Positions 12,707 to 26,030 of a stretch of 64,000 nucleotides of DNA are shown here, piece by piece. The position numbers and the translations under genes were made by a program. The stretch is from Eledone cirrhosa (Eukaryota): positions 272,676,001-272,740,000 of the forward strand of contig OZ024741.1 in the NCBI GenBank assembly GCA_964016885.1, given 5' to 3'. Every line of letters starts with the position of its first letter. Position 1 is the stretch's first letter. The notes beneath the pieces were generated by a model, which saw only the letters and a list, made by a program, of their open reading frames with translations, was not told the DNA's origin and ran no database searches.

Positions 12707-12853
12707 TGTTTCTACTTTTGACACAAGGCCAGCAATTACCCCAGTGCATTACTGGTACTTTATTTTATCGACCCTGTAAGGATGAAAGGCAAAGTTAACC
12801 TCGGCGGGATTTGAACTCAGACCGTAAAAGAGCGTAACTCTATGCTGCAAAGC
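12468..12853 (-). mobile_element. Two family-B SINE copies
   Basis: Same core as 5078-5263 in reverse orientation, separated by (AAT)n. Confidence 0.8.
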
Positions 12854-12992
12854 AATAATAATAATAATAATAATAATAATGCTTTCTTTATTAACCACAA
12901 GGGTTGACACAAAGTAGACATTAAGGACAGTACAGGACAATACAAATGGGCATTTCTGCGTGTAAAAAAAAATAACAACAGAGTATATGACA

Positions 12993-13025
<33 letters not shown>

Positions 13026-13280
13026 CAATACATCAAAGAGAAAGGAGTAAAATAATCAATGAAATATATATGAAATAATATTTATTTATTGTTTTTGATT
13101 TGTTACGTTGTTTAAAATTATGGATAAGTAAAATAATAATAGGGATAAGTAAAATAACAATAGGGAGTGTCATACAGTTTACAATAATAGGCTATTTCAA
13201 AACAATGGATCTCGCTTCACTAAAAGTTATCCTTTAATTTCTCTGATGTCCTCAGCATCTTTCATCCGCCCATTATAATG

Positions 13281-15103
<1,823 letters not shown>

Positions 15104-15150
15104 TAGTCTGTGTGTAATCATCAAGTCTCATGAACCCATGAAAAATAAAC

Positions 15151-15449
15151 ATGAATTTCAAACTACCTTCGTTTATGCGTAATGAGAGAACAGGAGATGG
15201 AAATACACCTGTAAAATCCTGGATACATTATCTCTCGGATAAAATCCACTTTGAGAAGCAACATATTGGCAAAAGTTTCGGGAAGGAATTTCATACAGAT
15301 GATAAAAATGATGTTGATCCTCAAAGACAACTTATCAAAGAGGAGAAAAATTACAACGAATGTACCAAAAGTCTTTTACTGAACTTTTCAAGTCACACCA
15401 GTCTCCATGGAATAAAAAATATAACTGATGGCAAGAACACTCTACTAAG
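15151..15449 (+). CDS. DEG/ENaC (ASIC/FaNaC-superfamily) channel subunit, first visible coding exon
   Basis: [13 protein letters not shown] is the conserved pre-TM1 HG motif. Ends AG|GTAAAT in phase 2, compatible with the exon at 26995. The ATG at 15151 is the presumed start. Confidence 0.85.
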
Positions 15450-15689
15450 GTAAATTCTTCATAACTTATTCTTTATTTATTTCCTTCTTTCTCTCTCTCT
15501 TTCTTTTTCTTCTTTCCTTTCTTTTATTGTTTGCTTGTTTGTTTGTTTGTTTCCTTTCTTTTATTCTTTCTTTGTTTCTTTCCTTTTTTTCATGGCCGTG
15601 TTGTAAAAAGCATTTGTTTTTCCACCACCTAGCTTTGGGTTCAGTCCCACTGAGTTACAACACATTCAGCAAGTGTCTTCTACTAAATA

Positions 15690-16425
15690 TATATATGTGT
15701 CTTAGTATCATTCAGCAACACCTTTGTCAGCCGCTCTTCAGCTATCTATTTAAGGCTGTATATAGCTATGGTGCAGCCACACTTAGAATGTGCATCACCA
15801 GTCTCGAACCCCTATCTTGCTCAGAACATTGACCTCCTGGAAACTGGCATCTACCATACTCTGAACGCCTTGCTTCCCTGGGCATGGATATATTGAAGCT
15901 CCGACGTCTGGCAACTGACTTGGTAAACACCCACAAAATTATTAACCATCTTGCCAACATCAATCCTGAGCACCTTTTCGATTTCCATGGGTCTAACACT
16001 TGTGGGCATGCCTATAAAGTCAGAAAACAGCACAGCTCCCATGACTTTCGGAAACATTTTTTCATACTCAGAGTTGCTGAAGCATGGAACAAACTACCTG
16101 CATCAGTTGTTAGCTGTCGAGACACTGCATCCTTTAAAACCTCCATGCTTCCTGAAATTCGCCAACGCTACACCTGATATCCCTCCTCCATACACGCGCA
16201 CGCATGTATTTCATGACTCATACACTGTTCATTTTCCTGACATTTGAATATTATTTTCACTTTGCCTTTCATCCTTACATGGTCAATAAAATAAAGTACC
16301 AGTAATGTACTGGATAATTGCTGGCCTTGTGCTAAAAGTAGAAACAATTATTTTATGTACTATAACTATACATGCACCTTTGATGAGTTGTAGTGCACCT
16401 GAGCACTGTACACAATAATTTCATT
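15690..16425 (+). mobile_element. CR1/L2-group LINE 3' fragment (SINE piece inserted at about 16256-16352)
   Basis: LKLRRLATDLVNTHKII...TCGHAYKV...RKHFFILRVAEAWNKLPASVV...SFK is the typical CR1-group ORF2 C-terminus. Confidence 0.8.
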
Positions 16426-16448
16426 CTATATAATATATATATATATAT

Positions 16449-16799
16449 GGAGGCATATGGCTTAGTGGTTAGAGCATTGGCCTTGCAATCGAAAGGTTGT
16501 GAGTTCAATTCTCAGACCGGGTGATGTGTTGTTTCCTTGAGCAAGACACTTTATTTCACATTGCTCCAGTTTACTCAGCTGTAGAAATGAGATGATAGGG
16601 ACTGGGGTCTCTATCATTCCACTGCAAAGTGGTCGTGGAGGTGCCACGACAAAAAAAGCACCCAGCACTCACTGTAAATAAGGTTGGTGTTAGGAAGGGC
16701 ATCCAGCTGTAGAAATCATGCCAGAATCAATTCCCGTCCCACCCTTGCAAGCAGGGAAAAGCGGACGTAAAATGAAATGATGATGATGATGATGATGAT
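16449..16799 (+). mobile_element. Family-A tRNA-derived SINE, full length
   Basis: A box TGGCTTAGTGG, B box GAGTTCAATTC, central CCTTGAGCAAGACACTT. The 3' half matches the RTE 3'UTR at about 606-755. (GAT)n tail. Confidence 0.88.
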
Positions 16800-17230
16800 A
16801 TATAATACCGTAAGAAGAGATGAACACAGATATATAACTATATGTGTTCAAATCATAAGGGACAGAGACCATCAGGGTAAAGAAAATATTGACTAAAATA
16901 GTATGGTTCACAGAACCCAATGAAAAGGATTAATTGAGAAAAACGAACCTACCATGATAACTATCATGTACCCGGGCAGTTTATGGATAGAACTGTTTCG
17001 CAAAATTCACTGAAGAGAATTATTGGGGTTGTGCTTCTCAACGGGTACCTACATCAATATTCACTTCACTACTATGTTTGGTAGAAGACTAAATAACACG
17101 CGTGTTAAAAGAGAGAGCACATAGAAAGAATGTGCCGGGAAGAACGAATAGAACATAAGGTTACAAGAAAAATAGCAGCCGGGCCCATTCGATATATCAA
17201 AGCTCTACAAAAGCGATGGAGCAAAATTAT

Positions 17231-17428
17231 AAAAAGTATATATTGAGTTAAAATCTCATAATAGTCCCCTATAATTAAAATAGTTCAAGGAGAAAAATTT
17301 TTCTGAGCCTTATTTTGTTCTTTTTTGTCTCTCCTTACAGTATTCTAAGGATCGGAAAAATTGTTCTCCTTGAGCTATTTTAATTATAGGGGACTATTAT
17401 GAGTTTTTAACTCAATATATATTTTATA
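17231..17428. repeat. ~75-bp imperfect inverted repeat (hairpin) abutting (TA)n(CT)n
   Basis: TATATTGAGTTAAAATCTCATAATAGTCCCCTATAATTAAAATAGTTCAAGGAGAA versus TTCTCCTTGAGCTATTTTAATTATAGGGGACTATTATGAGTTTTTAACTCAATATA. Confidence 0.85.
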
Positions 17429-17468
17429 TATATATATATATTTCTCTCTCTCTCTCTCTCTCTCTCGC

Positions 17469-17543
<75 letters not shown>

Positions 17544-17555
17544 CTATATATAGAA

Positions 17556-18200
17556 GCACACAAGCACACAAACATACATATCTTTACTTTCTTTATTTCA
17601 ATAGAAAATCTGAATTCTGACACCCCAGCGAACTAACCATATTCACTGAACCAGAACAATTCTCCCATCCCATTTCTCTTGACCATTATCTTTTGCTTGT
17701 CATAAAATTCTCTAAAAAGGCTACAGAATAGATTTCCAAATACGGGCGCGAGATTTAATGAAAATTTGTTCACGTGACAGCAATAATTTCATTTATAACC
17801 AATCAAATTACGTTTATTAAAAAAAGCCTTCGTGAGCCCCCTTTTTTAAGTAAAAAGAAATTCAAACACACACACACACACAACACATAAGCGCACAAAT
17901 AAACATACACATCTTTACTTTCTTTATTTCAATAGAAAATCTGAATTCTGACACCCCAGCGAACTAACCATATTCACTGAACCAGAGCAATTCTCCCATC
18001 CCATTTCTCTTGACCTTTATCTGTTGCTTATCATAACATTCTCTAAAAAGGCTACAGAATAGATTTCCAAATAAGGGCACAAAATTTAATGAAAACTTGT
18101 TAACGTGACAGCAATAATTTAATTTATAACCAATCAAATTACATTTATTAAAGAAAAAGCCTTCGTGAGCCCTTTTTTTTAAGAAAAAGAAATTCAAACA
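17556..18200. repeat. Tandem duplication with 331-bp period
   Basis: TCTTTACTTTCTTTATTTCAATAGAAAATCTGAATTCTGACACCCCAGCG at 17581 and 17912. Confidence 0.9.
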
Positions 18201-18580
18201 CTCATATATGAAAAAACAACCTGAGCCCCCCCTCCCCGTTTGAAGAACTTTGTAACCCGAACTTGCGCGAAATTTATTATAATTATTGACCAACCAATCA
18301 AATTACTTCTCTAAAAACCTGGCTTTTCCAGCCACTTTTTTCCATATAAAACAAGTAACATTCAAAGACCAACCAGATGTGAGAAAAACCACAGACCCTC
18401 CATCTCAACTCTACTTTTGAAAAGCAGAAGAACTGCGAAACCGGTAAAGGAACCAAATGAATATATATATATTTAAAAAAATAAGACTCCAGTTGCATTT
18501 TCGATTTCATCTTTTTTTCTTTATACTTTCACTCGTGTAGGACACCTCGGTTATTTTTCATTTTGTAAAAAAACCCTCAC

Positions 18581-18657
<77 letters not shown>

Positions 18658-18780
18658 GGAGGTGAGTTTTATTGTAGTACAATAAAGCAATGCAGATATC
18701 GGATAAGAAGCACTCTACAGTTTGTAGGACTGGAGTATACATAATATATAAGATCAAAAGATGGTTAAAGGAGTTCCATG

Positions 18781-18851
18781 TATTTTATTATGCGCATTTC
18801 AAAAACAAACATCATCATGCAATAATATTTGTGTTTTCATCAGATAAAACA
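18781..18851 (-). ncRNA. Type I hammerhead ribozyme motif (left arm)
   Basis: Reverse complement of 19463-19533. Confidence 0.8.
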
Positions 18852-19462
18852 GGAGGACATGATATGAAGGCTAAAAAACACTTGTGGATAGTGCAGTTTT
18901 AAATCAGCATATGAGAAGTAATTTTAGATTGATGTGTGATATTGGGAAAAATATTTTATTTAGAGGGGGGTGGGGGTGGAAAGGATGAAAAAAAAATAAA
19001 GAAATTTCAATAATACTTGTAAACATACACACATTTTTTTGACGTTAGAATATTCATCCGCAACTTATTATTCTATTCTCTCTATCATCAAACTTTTTAA
19101 TCTCAATACATATTAACTCCCTCTCCTTCTTCGTACATATTTTTCCCTTCGTTAATTTTCAAATTCTTTTAATTTATACATTATCTTCCAACGGTTTTCA
19201 ACCTCTCTATGTAAAACAATATATCTTTTCTCAGTTATAAAAACTATCTCTTTCTCTCTATCACCCATCTCTCTATCTCCACCTTCACTCTCATCTCCTC
19301 CCCCTTTTTTTTTTCTTTTTTTTTTTCATCCCCCCCCCCCCCCCCCCTCTCTAAATAAAATATTTTTCCCAATATCACACATCAATCTAAAATTACTTCT
19401 CATATGCTGATTTAAAACTGCACTATCCACAAGTGTTTTTTAGCCTTCATATCATGTCCTCC

Positions 19463-19533
19463 TGTTTTATCTGATGAAAACACAAATATTATTGCATGAT
19501 GATGTTTGTTTTTGAAATGCGCATAATAAAATA
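19463..19533 (+). ncRNA. Type I hammerhead ribozyme motif (right arm)
   Basis: TGTTTTAT-CTGATGA-[acaaatattatt...gatgatgtttgt]-GAAA-TGCGCA-TA-ATAAAATA. Palindromic stem III TGCGCA. Confidence 0.8.
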
Positions 19534-19563
19534 CATGGAACTCCTTTAACCATCTTTTGATCT

Positions 19564-19642
<79 letters not shown>

Positions 19643-19834
19643 AAAATTGAACGGGAACAAAACAGAGAGGCAGTACAAACAAAGGTTTATTAGTTTCACG
19701 CTCTTGAGAGTGGGGGGGGGGAACGACATTTCGGACATAAGCCCTTCTTCAGGTGAAAAGTGTGTGGGAAGAGAGTTCAAAGGGTGTGTAGGGGTGGTGG
19801 CGGGTGGAGTGGGGAGAGGGAGACGGGGTGTCCG

Positions 19835-20318
19835 AGCAGGTTTTCACCTAATGTGGGCCCTAGGGGATGAAGAAAATTAATTCGTTTTATGTGCATAATA
19901 TGCCTTGAAATTTCGGGAAAATCGGCTAGACGTAACGCCTCAAAAAAGCCCTAAAAAGCTGAAAAGAGGAAGTTTTTCACCTAATGCGGGCCCTAGGCCA
20001 TAAAAAAGTTGGATTTTCTTTGCTCACAGTATGAAGAAGAGACTGACTAATACATAGTTACAATTTCAAGGAAATCTGTCTAACGTAACGCCTAAAAAAC
20101 CCCCTAAAAAGCTGAAAAAACGCAGTTTTTCACCTAATGCTGGTCCTAGGGGATCAAAAAGTTGAATTTCTTTATGTGCATAACACTCCCTGAAACATAA
20201 GTAATACACATGTAAAGTTTGAAAAATATCGGTAGGGTACTTCTCGAGTTTTAGGGATTTAAACTCACACACACGCACACACACGCACACACACACACGC
20301 ACGCACACACACACACAC

Positions 20319-20374
<56 letters not shown>

Positions 20375-20405
20375 ATACACACATCCTCAGTTTTATATAT
20401 ATAGA
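19835..20405 (-). mobile_element. Helitron-like non-autonomous element, 5' part
   Basis: The minus strand begins A|TCTATATATATAAAACTGAGG followed by (GT)n. Internal ~140-bp subrepeats TTTTCACCTAATGCGGGCCCTAGG. The 3' end is not seen. Confidence 0.45.
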
Positions 20406-20424
20406 TGATGATTATATATATATA

Positions 20425-21411
20425 TCTGTATATATATAAAATTAAGTATGTGTGTGTGTGACTGTGTATTACCTATAGGGGCCTACATCTTACGACTGAT
20501 TTTCATGAAACTTTACAGGCTCATAGATTACTCATCGGGGAGTATTTTCTATATATCAGTGTATCGTTTCTTTTATTCCGGGGTTATTCTGCAGATAAAA
20601 ATCAATAAGGGGGTCACCTTTTTTTAGGTATCGAAAAATAAGACTTTTGGCACTAGCTCCCACATTTGCCACCGATTTCGTTCAAATTTTAAAGCAAAAT
20701 TGTAATGGCTTTATATTTTGCATTTGTTGTTCAGGGATGGCGTGGCAGCCGCTTAAATATTCAAGAATACAACTTTTAGACTCAAATTTCTACTTTTTCG
20801 GTCTAGTTTTCACATTAATCAACCTACTTTGTTCAAATTTTACACTACGCTAGATCTGATTATTTCACGTCTTAAAGTGGCTTTACATTTTGGATATTTT
20901 GTTCAGGAACGGCGTGGCAGCCGCTTAAATATTTGAAAATACCACCTTTTCGCTCAAATTTCCGCCTTTTCGGCACTAGCTCCCAGATTTTTCAACCGAT
21001 TTCGTTCAAATTCGAAACTTCGGCTCCACCTCACACACAAATCAATTTATTTGGTTCAACTTTTATACTAAGATAGAACCTATCATTGCATATCTTATAG
21101 ATGGTCAAAGGTAAAACGATGGCCACTGACATCGTCTGAGCTTTTAGTTGTGTATTTGAGAACTCATCGGTTTCCAATCAAGAAGAGTGAGGAAATTTGG
21201 CTTAGTGTTAGAGGTCATTACCTCCCTCCCCCAGCATGCCCCTTCGTCAGTCACCCGCGTTTCTCAGTGATAGAGGTCATCACCACCCTCCCCCGCATGA
21301 CCTGTGTGTGGCCATAAATGAGTTATCGAGAAGCAGTCGCTAAGATCAACACCTTTTCATCAAAGCAGATATTATTTTACCTACCCAGGCAACGCTGGGT
21401 ACTGCTGCTTG
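20425..21411 (+). mobile_element. Helitron-like non-autonomous element
   Basis: 5' A|TC start, subterminal hairpin TACCCAG-GCAACG-CTGGGTA at 21382-21401, 3' end CTTG|T (degenerate CTAG), internal subrepeats. Confidence 0.6.
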
Positions 21412-21414
21412 TAT

Positions 21415-21495
<81 letters not shown>

Positions 21496-21731
21496 CTATA
21501 TATATATATTTCGTTTCTGAATTTGTTTAGCAAGATTCTTTATCTGAAATCGTGTGTTGAAACCGATATTGTTATACTTTGGGAGGGTCATGTTGCCAAT
21601 AAGAAACACACGCACCAGTTGCTTTCACTTCAATTTATTATATATTTATAAATTTATAAATTTACAAATTTACAAACTTATAAATTTCTGGTTGGTTGGT
21701 TGGTTCCACAACCAGATAGTTGTTTATATAT

Positions 21732-21776
21732 AGTCATAGTCCTTTCGTCACACACTCTGTGACCTCTTCAGTGACT
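21732..21776 (-). ncRNA. Type I hammerhead ribozyme motif in the PLE 3' pLTR
   Basis: Reverse complement of 25645-25689, about 280 nt downstream of the ORF stop. Confidence 0.75.
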
Positions 21777-22055
21777 GGGGATTCCTTTCTTTGTTTCTGT
21801 GCCTTTCCTTTCTTCTATCCTACGCCATTTTGTTTCTGTGTGTGTGTTGTGTGCTCAGTTTGCGCATGCGCCACATCCGGGTGTCTGTGTGTGTTTGTGT
21901 TCATTTATCTATTTGTTTATTTATTTATTTATTTATTGTTGGTTGGTTGTTTGTTCTATGTGTGTGTGTGTGTTTTCATTTTGTCCTGTGTGTGTTTTCA
22001 TTTTGTCCTTAATTGTAAGTTGTTTGTTCTATGTGTGTGTGTGTTCATTTTGTCC

Positions 22056-24380
22056 TTAATTGTAAGTTGTGATGTTGCTGTTCCACTCATATTTTCTATT
22101 TAATTTTGGTTTTAATTCTTTTATGCTTACTGCCTCTGTAATTTGCCTAAACATTGCGTCTTTTCTGTGTGTGGATTCTATTTTTATTTCTATGCTCTCT
22201 AATCTACCCCTGTGTTCTATCTTAGCATGTTGGTAGAGCACAGATGATTCTTTATTATCTTGGAGGTCTCGCCAGTGTTCATTTATTCGTTCCCCTATAC
22301 TACGAGCTGTCTCACCTATGTACACTATATTTTTGTTTCTACATTGTCCTTCAGTACATCTTATGCTATACACTACATTTCTAGTTTTACAGTTAATATG
22401 GGGGCTTATTTTACAGGTTATACATTTCTTATCTATACATGAGGGTCTTTGGAACGGGTATGTCTTGCTAATAAGTGTTTTTACGGAGGTACCAGGTCTT
22501 TCTACTATCCTAATATTGAGATTATGTTTATTTAGGGCCCTTCTAAATTTGTAGGCTAGTTCGCCTCTAGGGGTTGTATTGATGAACATTACACTCTGGT
22601 ATTTATTGCTATCATACCATGAGTTTATTCTATTGGCCATGTTACTAGTTCTTTCTATTCTATTCCAAAATTTGCTCCTATACAAGGGGCAGGTCCCATT
22701 TATGTCATTATTTACCATTTTTTCCCATTTGGTTCTGGCTCCTTTATACACTCTGATCCTATCTCTCTGATTGTAGCCAGAGAACTGCATACGGTGGATG
22801 AAGTGTTGTATGTGTCTCTCTAGTTCTTCGGGGTTGCACATGCGGGACACATTTCTCATCACCCGTACCAAATCCGCAATCAGTATGTTGATTTTGGTAT
22901 GGTCCGAAATGGCCGAGTTTCGGTGGATCAGATGTTTGGAAGTCATGGGTTTGGCATAATGGGAATGGAGGATTTGTTTTTGGTTGTTAATGGTATCTAA
23001 CCAGAGCTCTGTGTCTAGTACAGGTAATCGATGGTTGGGGTGTCTACTTGGGTAGTCTATAGTAACTCTAATGCTCTGGTGGATGGAGTTTGCTATTTGC
23101 TGGATGCTTTCCATTGTGTTTTTCTCTAGTTCCTGACTGTTCTTTAGTGGGGGTGTCTTAACTACGATGTTTATATCATCTACGTAGCGGGAGTACATTA
23201 TCAGGGTTAAGCTGTCTTCTAATTGTTCATTAAGTTTTTGTTTAAGTCTACTGTCCCACCATACCATGAATAAGTTAGCTATGTCGCCTGCAATGCTAAC
23301 ACCAATGGCTGCTCCTTCCTCTTGGGTATATGTTTTACCATTAAATTTGAACATATGTTCCTTAAGGGTTAATTTTATGCTGGCCCCTACCGCATGTGCA
23401 ATCATTTTCTTCAGTTCATCGTGGTTTTCGGATGTCCGTATGGCTCTGGTCCACCCGTTCCATCTATCTGTGTGGGTTTTCTTGGCCATTGAGGTAATGG
23501 TAGGTGGTCTGCCTCTTGCTGGTCTTGTAGGGCACAGGTTGCTAAGGTCATAAGTGTCTAGGTAACTATTACTATGGGTAAGCTTAAGTAGAAGTCCCAG
23601 ATCACTGGTATCAATCCCACGGAACTCAACCTTGCTCTCGCTGATCATTTCTACGCATTTCTCCACAGCAAAATCCACGTCAATAGATGGATACAGGGAC
23701 ACAACATCCATACTGCCTATTATGCAGTTTGTTAGGTCCCCAGATCGGTTACCCGCGCCGATTCTGCTGAGGAGGTCCTCCGTGCTGTCACACACATCTG
23801 GGGACATCTCAATGATGGGGCGTATGATTAGGGAGAGGAAGTAGGACAGTCTGTAGTTACTAGCAATGTTAGCCCCACAGACTGGCCGTGTTGGTGGTCC
23901 CGCAACAGGGTCCCAGCCCATTTTATGGTCTTTTCGAAGCCCATACAACGCCGGCACGTCATTGTTCCAGGCCTGGAAGTTGTTGGCAGTCCTTTTGTTG
24001 GGCTGCATTATATTCGTCCACATCACCATATGGGCATTGAGGGCTTTTTCTCTATCCTCATGCTCCTGTGGTGTTACCTCTCTTGTGTTAGTGATGTGGG
24101 GTTGCATTGCCTGGATGTAGTTTGGCAGGCTGTCAACCGACATTCTGCCAGACTTGTCTGTTGGAAAACATGCTATCTCTCCATTACGCGAGCGCTGCAT
24201 GAGCTTACGCAAGCCATTTGCAGATTCTTCTCCCAGTTGCTGGGCCTCTATTCTATTATGCTTCTTGCTATACTGTTCTATAATATTTCTAAGTTCGGAT
24301 TTAGCTATACTAAATTGTGCTTCTGTTTGTTCGTCGACCTGCGACGGCAACTGCGTGCGTTTGTTAAATGGCAAAGTCAT
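22056..24380 (-). CDS. Penelope-like reverse transcriptase / GIY-YIG endonuclease (Naiad/Neptune-type Cys linker)
   Basis: PTDKSG, LYGLRKDHK, RPVC, SMDVVSLYPSI, QEEGAAIG, SRYVDD, LPVLD; linker CxxxxCxxC (CIDKKCITC); VVYSIRC...YIGETAR..ERINEH...EAV.I...KPKLN. The true N-terminus probably extends upstream. Confidence 0.93.
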   Translation of the reverse strand: MTLPFNKRTQLPSQVDEQTEAQFSIAKSELRNIIEQYSKKHNRIEAQQLGEESANGLRKLMQRSRNGEIACFPTDKSGRMSVDSLPNYIQAMQPHITNTREVTPQEHEDREKALNAHMVMWTNIMQPNKRTANNFQAWNNDVPALYGLRKDHKMGWDPVAGPPTRPVCGANIASNYRLSYFLSLIIRPIIEMSPDVCDSTEDLLSRIGAGNRSGDLTNCIIGSMDVVSLYPSIDVDFAVEKCVEMISESKVEFRGIDTSDLGLLLKLTHSNSYLDTYDLSNLCPTRPARGRPPTITSMAKKTHTDRWNGWTRAIRTSENHDELKKMIAHAVGASIKLTLKEHMFKFNGKTYTQEEGAAIGVSIAGDIANLFMVWWDSRLKQKLNEQLEDSLTLIMYSRYVDDINIVVKTPPLKNSQELEKNTMESIQQIANSIHQSIRVTIDYPSRHPNHRLPVLDTELWLDTINNQKQILHSHYAKPMTSKHLIHRNSAISDHTKINILIADLVRVMRNVSRMCNPEELERHIQHFIHRMQFSGYNQRDRIRVYKGARTKWEKMVNNDINGTCPLYRSKFWNRIERTSNMANRINSWYDSNKYQSVMFINTTPRGELAYKFRRALNKHNLNIRIVERPGTSVKTLISKTYPFQRPSCIDKKCITCKISPHINCKTRNVVYSIRCTEGQCRNKNIVYIGETARSIGERINEHWRDLQDNKESSVLYQHAKIEHRGRLESIEIKIESTHRKDAMFRQITEAVSIKELKPKLNRKYEWNSNITTYN

Positions 24381-24684
24381 GGCGTGGACTCGTCGTAGGT
24401 CGAATGATTTATCGGAGGGGTTATAAAACGGAGAGTTCCAGGCTGCTGCTTTATGTGTACTAGTGCTATTATTATTGTTAGTTGTGTTGTTTCTATTTCT
24501 ATTTCCACCAACAGCCTCATGGTTGTTTTACTCCTGTCTCTTTCCACTGGCTCAATGTTGTTATCTACCCTATTTTGTGTGTCTGTGTGTTTGTCTTGGT
24601 TATTCTCTTTGTCCTTAGTCTCCCATGTCCTTTTCCTTTTAATCCTATTACGTTCTCTTATTTCTCTGATTTCTGTGCTACTGT

Positions 24685-25365
24685 CAATCAGAGAGATAGG
24701 ATCAGAGTGTATAAAGGAGCCAGAACCAAATGGGAAAAAATGGTAAATAATGACATAAATGGGACCTGCCCCTTGTATAGGAGCAAATTTTGGAATAGAA
24801 TAGAAAGAACTAGTAACAAGGCCAATAGAATAAACTCATGGTATGATAGCAATAAATATCAGAGTGTAATGTTCATCAATACAACCCCTAGAGGCGAACT
24901 AGCCTACAAATTTAGAAGGGCCCTAAATAAACATAATCTCAATATTAGGATAGTAGAAAGACCTGGTACCTCCGTAAAAACACTTATTAGCAAGACATAC
25001 CCGTTCCAAAGACCCTCATGTATAGATAAGAAATGTATAACCTGTAAAATATGTACATAAGATGTACTGAAGGACAATGTAGAAACAAAAATATAGTGTA
25101 CATAGGTGAGATAGCTCGTAGTATAGGGGAACGAATAAATGAACACTGGCGAGACCTCCAAGATAATAAAGAATCATCTGTGCTCTACCAACATGCTAAG
25201 ATAGAACACAGGGGTAGATTAGAGAGCATAGAAATAAAAATAGAATCCACACACAGAAAAGACGCAATGTTTAGGCAAATTACAGAGGCAGTAAGCATAA
25301 AAGAATTAAAACCAAAATTAAATAGAAAATATGAGTGGAACAGCAACATCACAACTTACAATTAA
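24685..25365 (+). pseudogene. Inverted duplicate of the PLE ORF 3' end, frameshifted by a net 37-bp deletion
   Basis: ORFs 24482+ and 25051+ reproduce NQRDRIRVYKG...NITTYN. The segment SPHINCKTRNVVYS is lost at about 25052. Confidence 0.88.
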
Positions 25366-25644
25366 GGACAAAATGAACACACACACACATAGAACAAACA
25401 ACTTACAATTAAGGACAAAATGAAAACACACACAGGACAAAATGAAAACACACACACACACATAGAACAAACAACCAACCAACAATAAATAAATAAATAA
25501 ATAAACAAATAGATAAATGAACACAAACACACACAGACACCCGGATGTGGCGCATGCGCAAACTGAGCACACAACACACACACAGAAACAAAATGGCGTA
25601 GGATAGAAGAAAGGAAAGGCACAGAAACAAAGAAAGGAATCCCC

Positions 25645-25689
25645 AGTCACTGAAGAGGTCACAGAGTGTGTGACGAAAGGACTATGACT
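25645..25689 (+). ncRNA. Type I hammerhead ribozyme motif in the inverted PLE arm
   Basis: AGTCA-CTGAAGA-G-GTCACA-GAGTG-TGTGAC-GAAA-GGAC-TA-TGACT. Confidence 0.75.
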
Positions 25690-26030
25690 ATATATAAACA
25701 ACTATCTGGTTGTGGAACCAACCAACCAACCAGAAATTTATAAGTTTGTAAATTTGTAAATTTATAAATTTATAAATATATAATAAATTGAAGTGAAAGC
25801 AACTGGTGCGTGTGTTTCTTATTGGCAACATGACCCTCCCAAAGTATAACAATATATATATATATTTCTATTATAAACCTAATTAATATACACCTTACTC
25901 TTAGATTTTACAAATTATTATAATTTTTTTTTTTAAATTTAGTTAACCTATAATTAGTATTTTACTGCAGGGAACTTCATAATTTTATTTCCCTCTTACA
26001 ACTCTCTTTTCCTAAAATTAATATCTAAAA

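Larger units (their letters stand above)
18654..19573. mobile_element. Second non-coding foldback element with ~250-bp inverted arms carrying hammerheads, between two (TA)n tracts
   Basis: Arms at about 18741-19000 and 19310-19573. The mirrored ORFs 18690+ and 19412- share IKRWLKEFHVFYYAHF... Confidence 0.8.
21510..25855 (-). mobile_element. Penelope-like retroelement (PLE) with inverted pseudo-LTR structure, inserted in (TA)n
   Basis: RT + GIY-YIG ORF. Inverted arms 21566-22773 and 24685-25855. Hammerheads in both arms; (TA)n on both sides. Confidence 0.93.

Noticed and set aside
16449-16520. tRNA gene
   Set aside because: A/B boxes are present, but it is the head of a multi-copy SINE and has no complete cloverleaf.
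16805-17230. Possible PLE remnant or further hammerhead next to the 17231-17428 hairpin
   Set aside because: Only partial cores (CTGAAGA on +, CTGATGG on -) without matching stems, and no convincing protein motif.
19725-19752. Minus-strand hammerhead-like core CTGAAGA-AGGGC-TTAT-GTCC-GAAA-TG-TC
   Set aside because: Probably a relic PLE pLTR motif, but stem I has only about 2 bp, so it is not called as an intact ribozyme.
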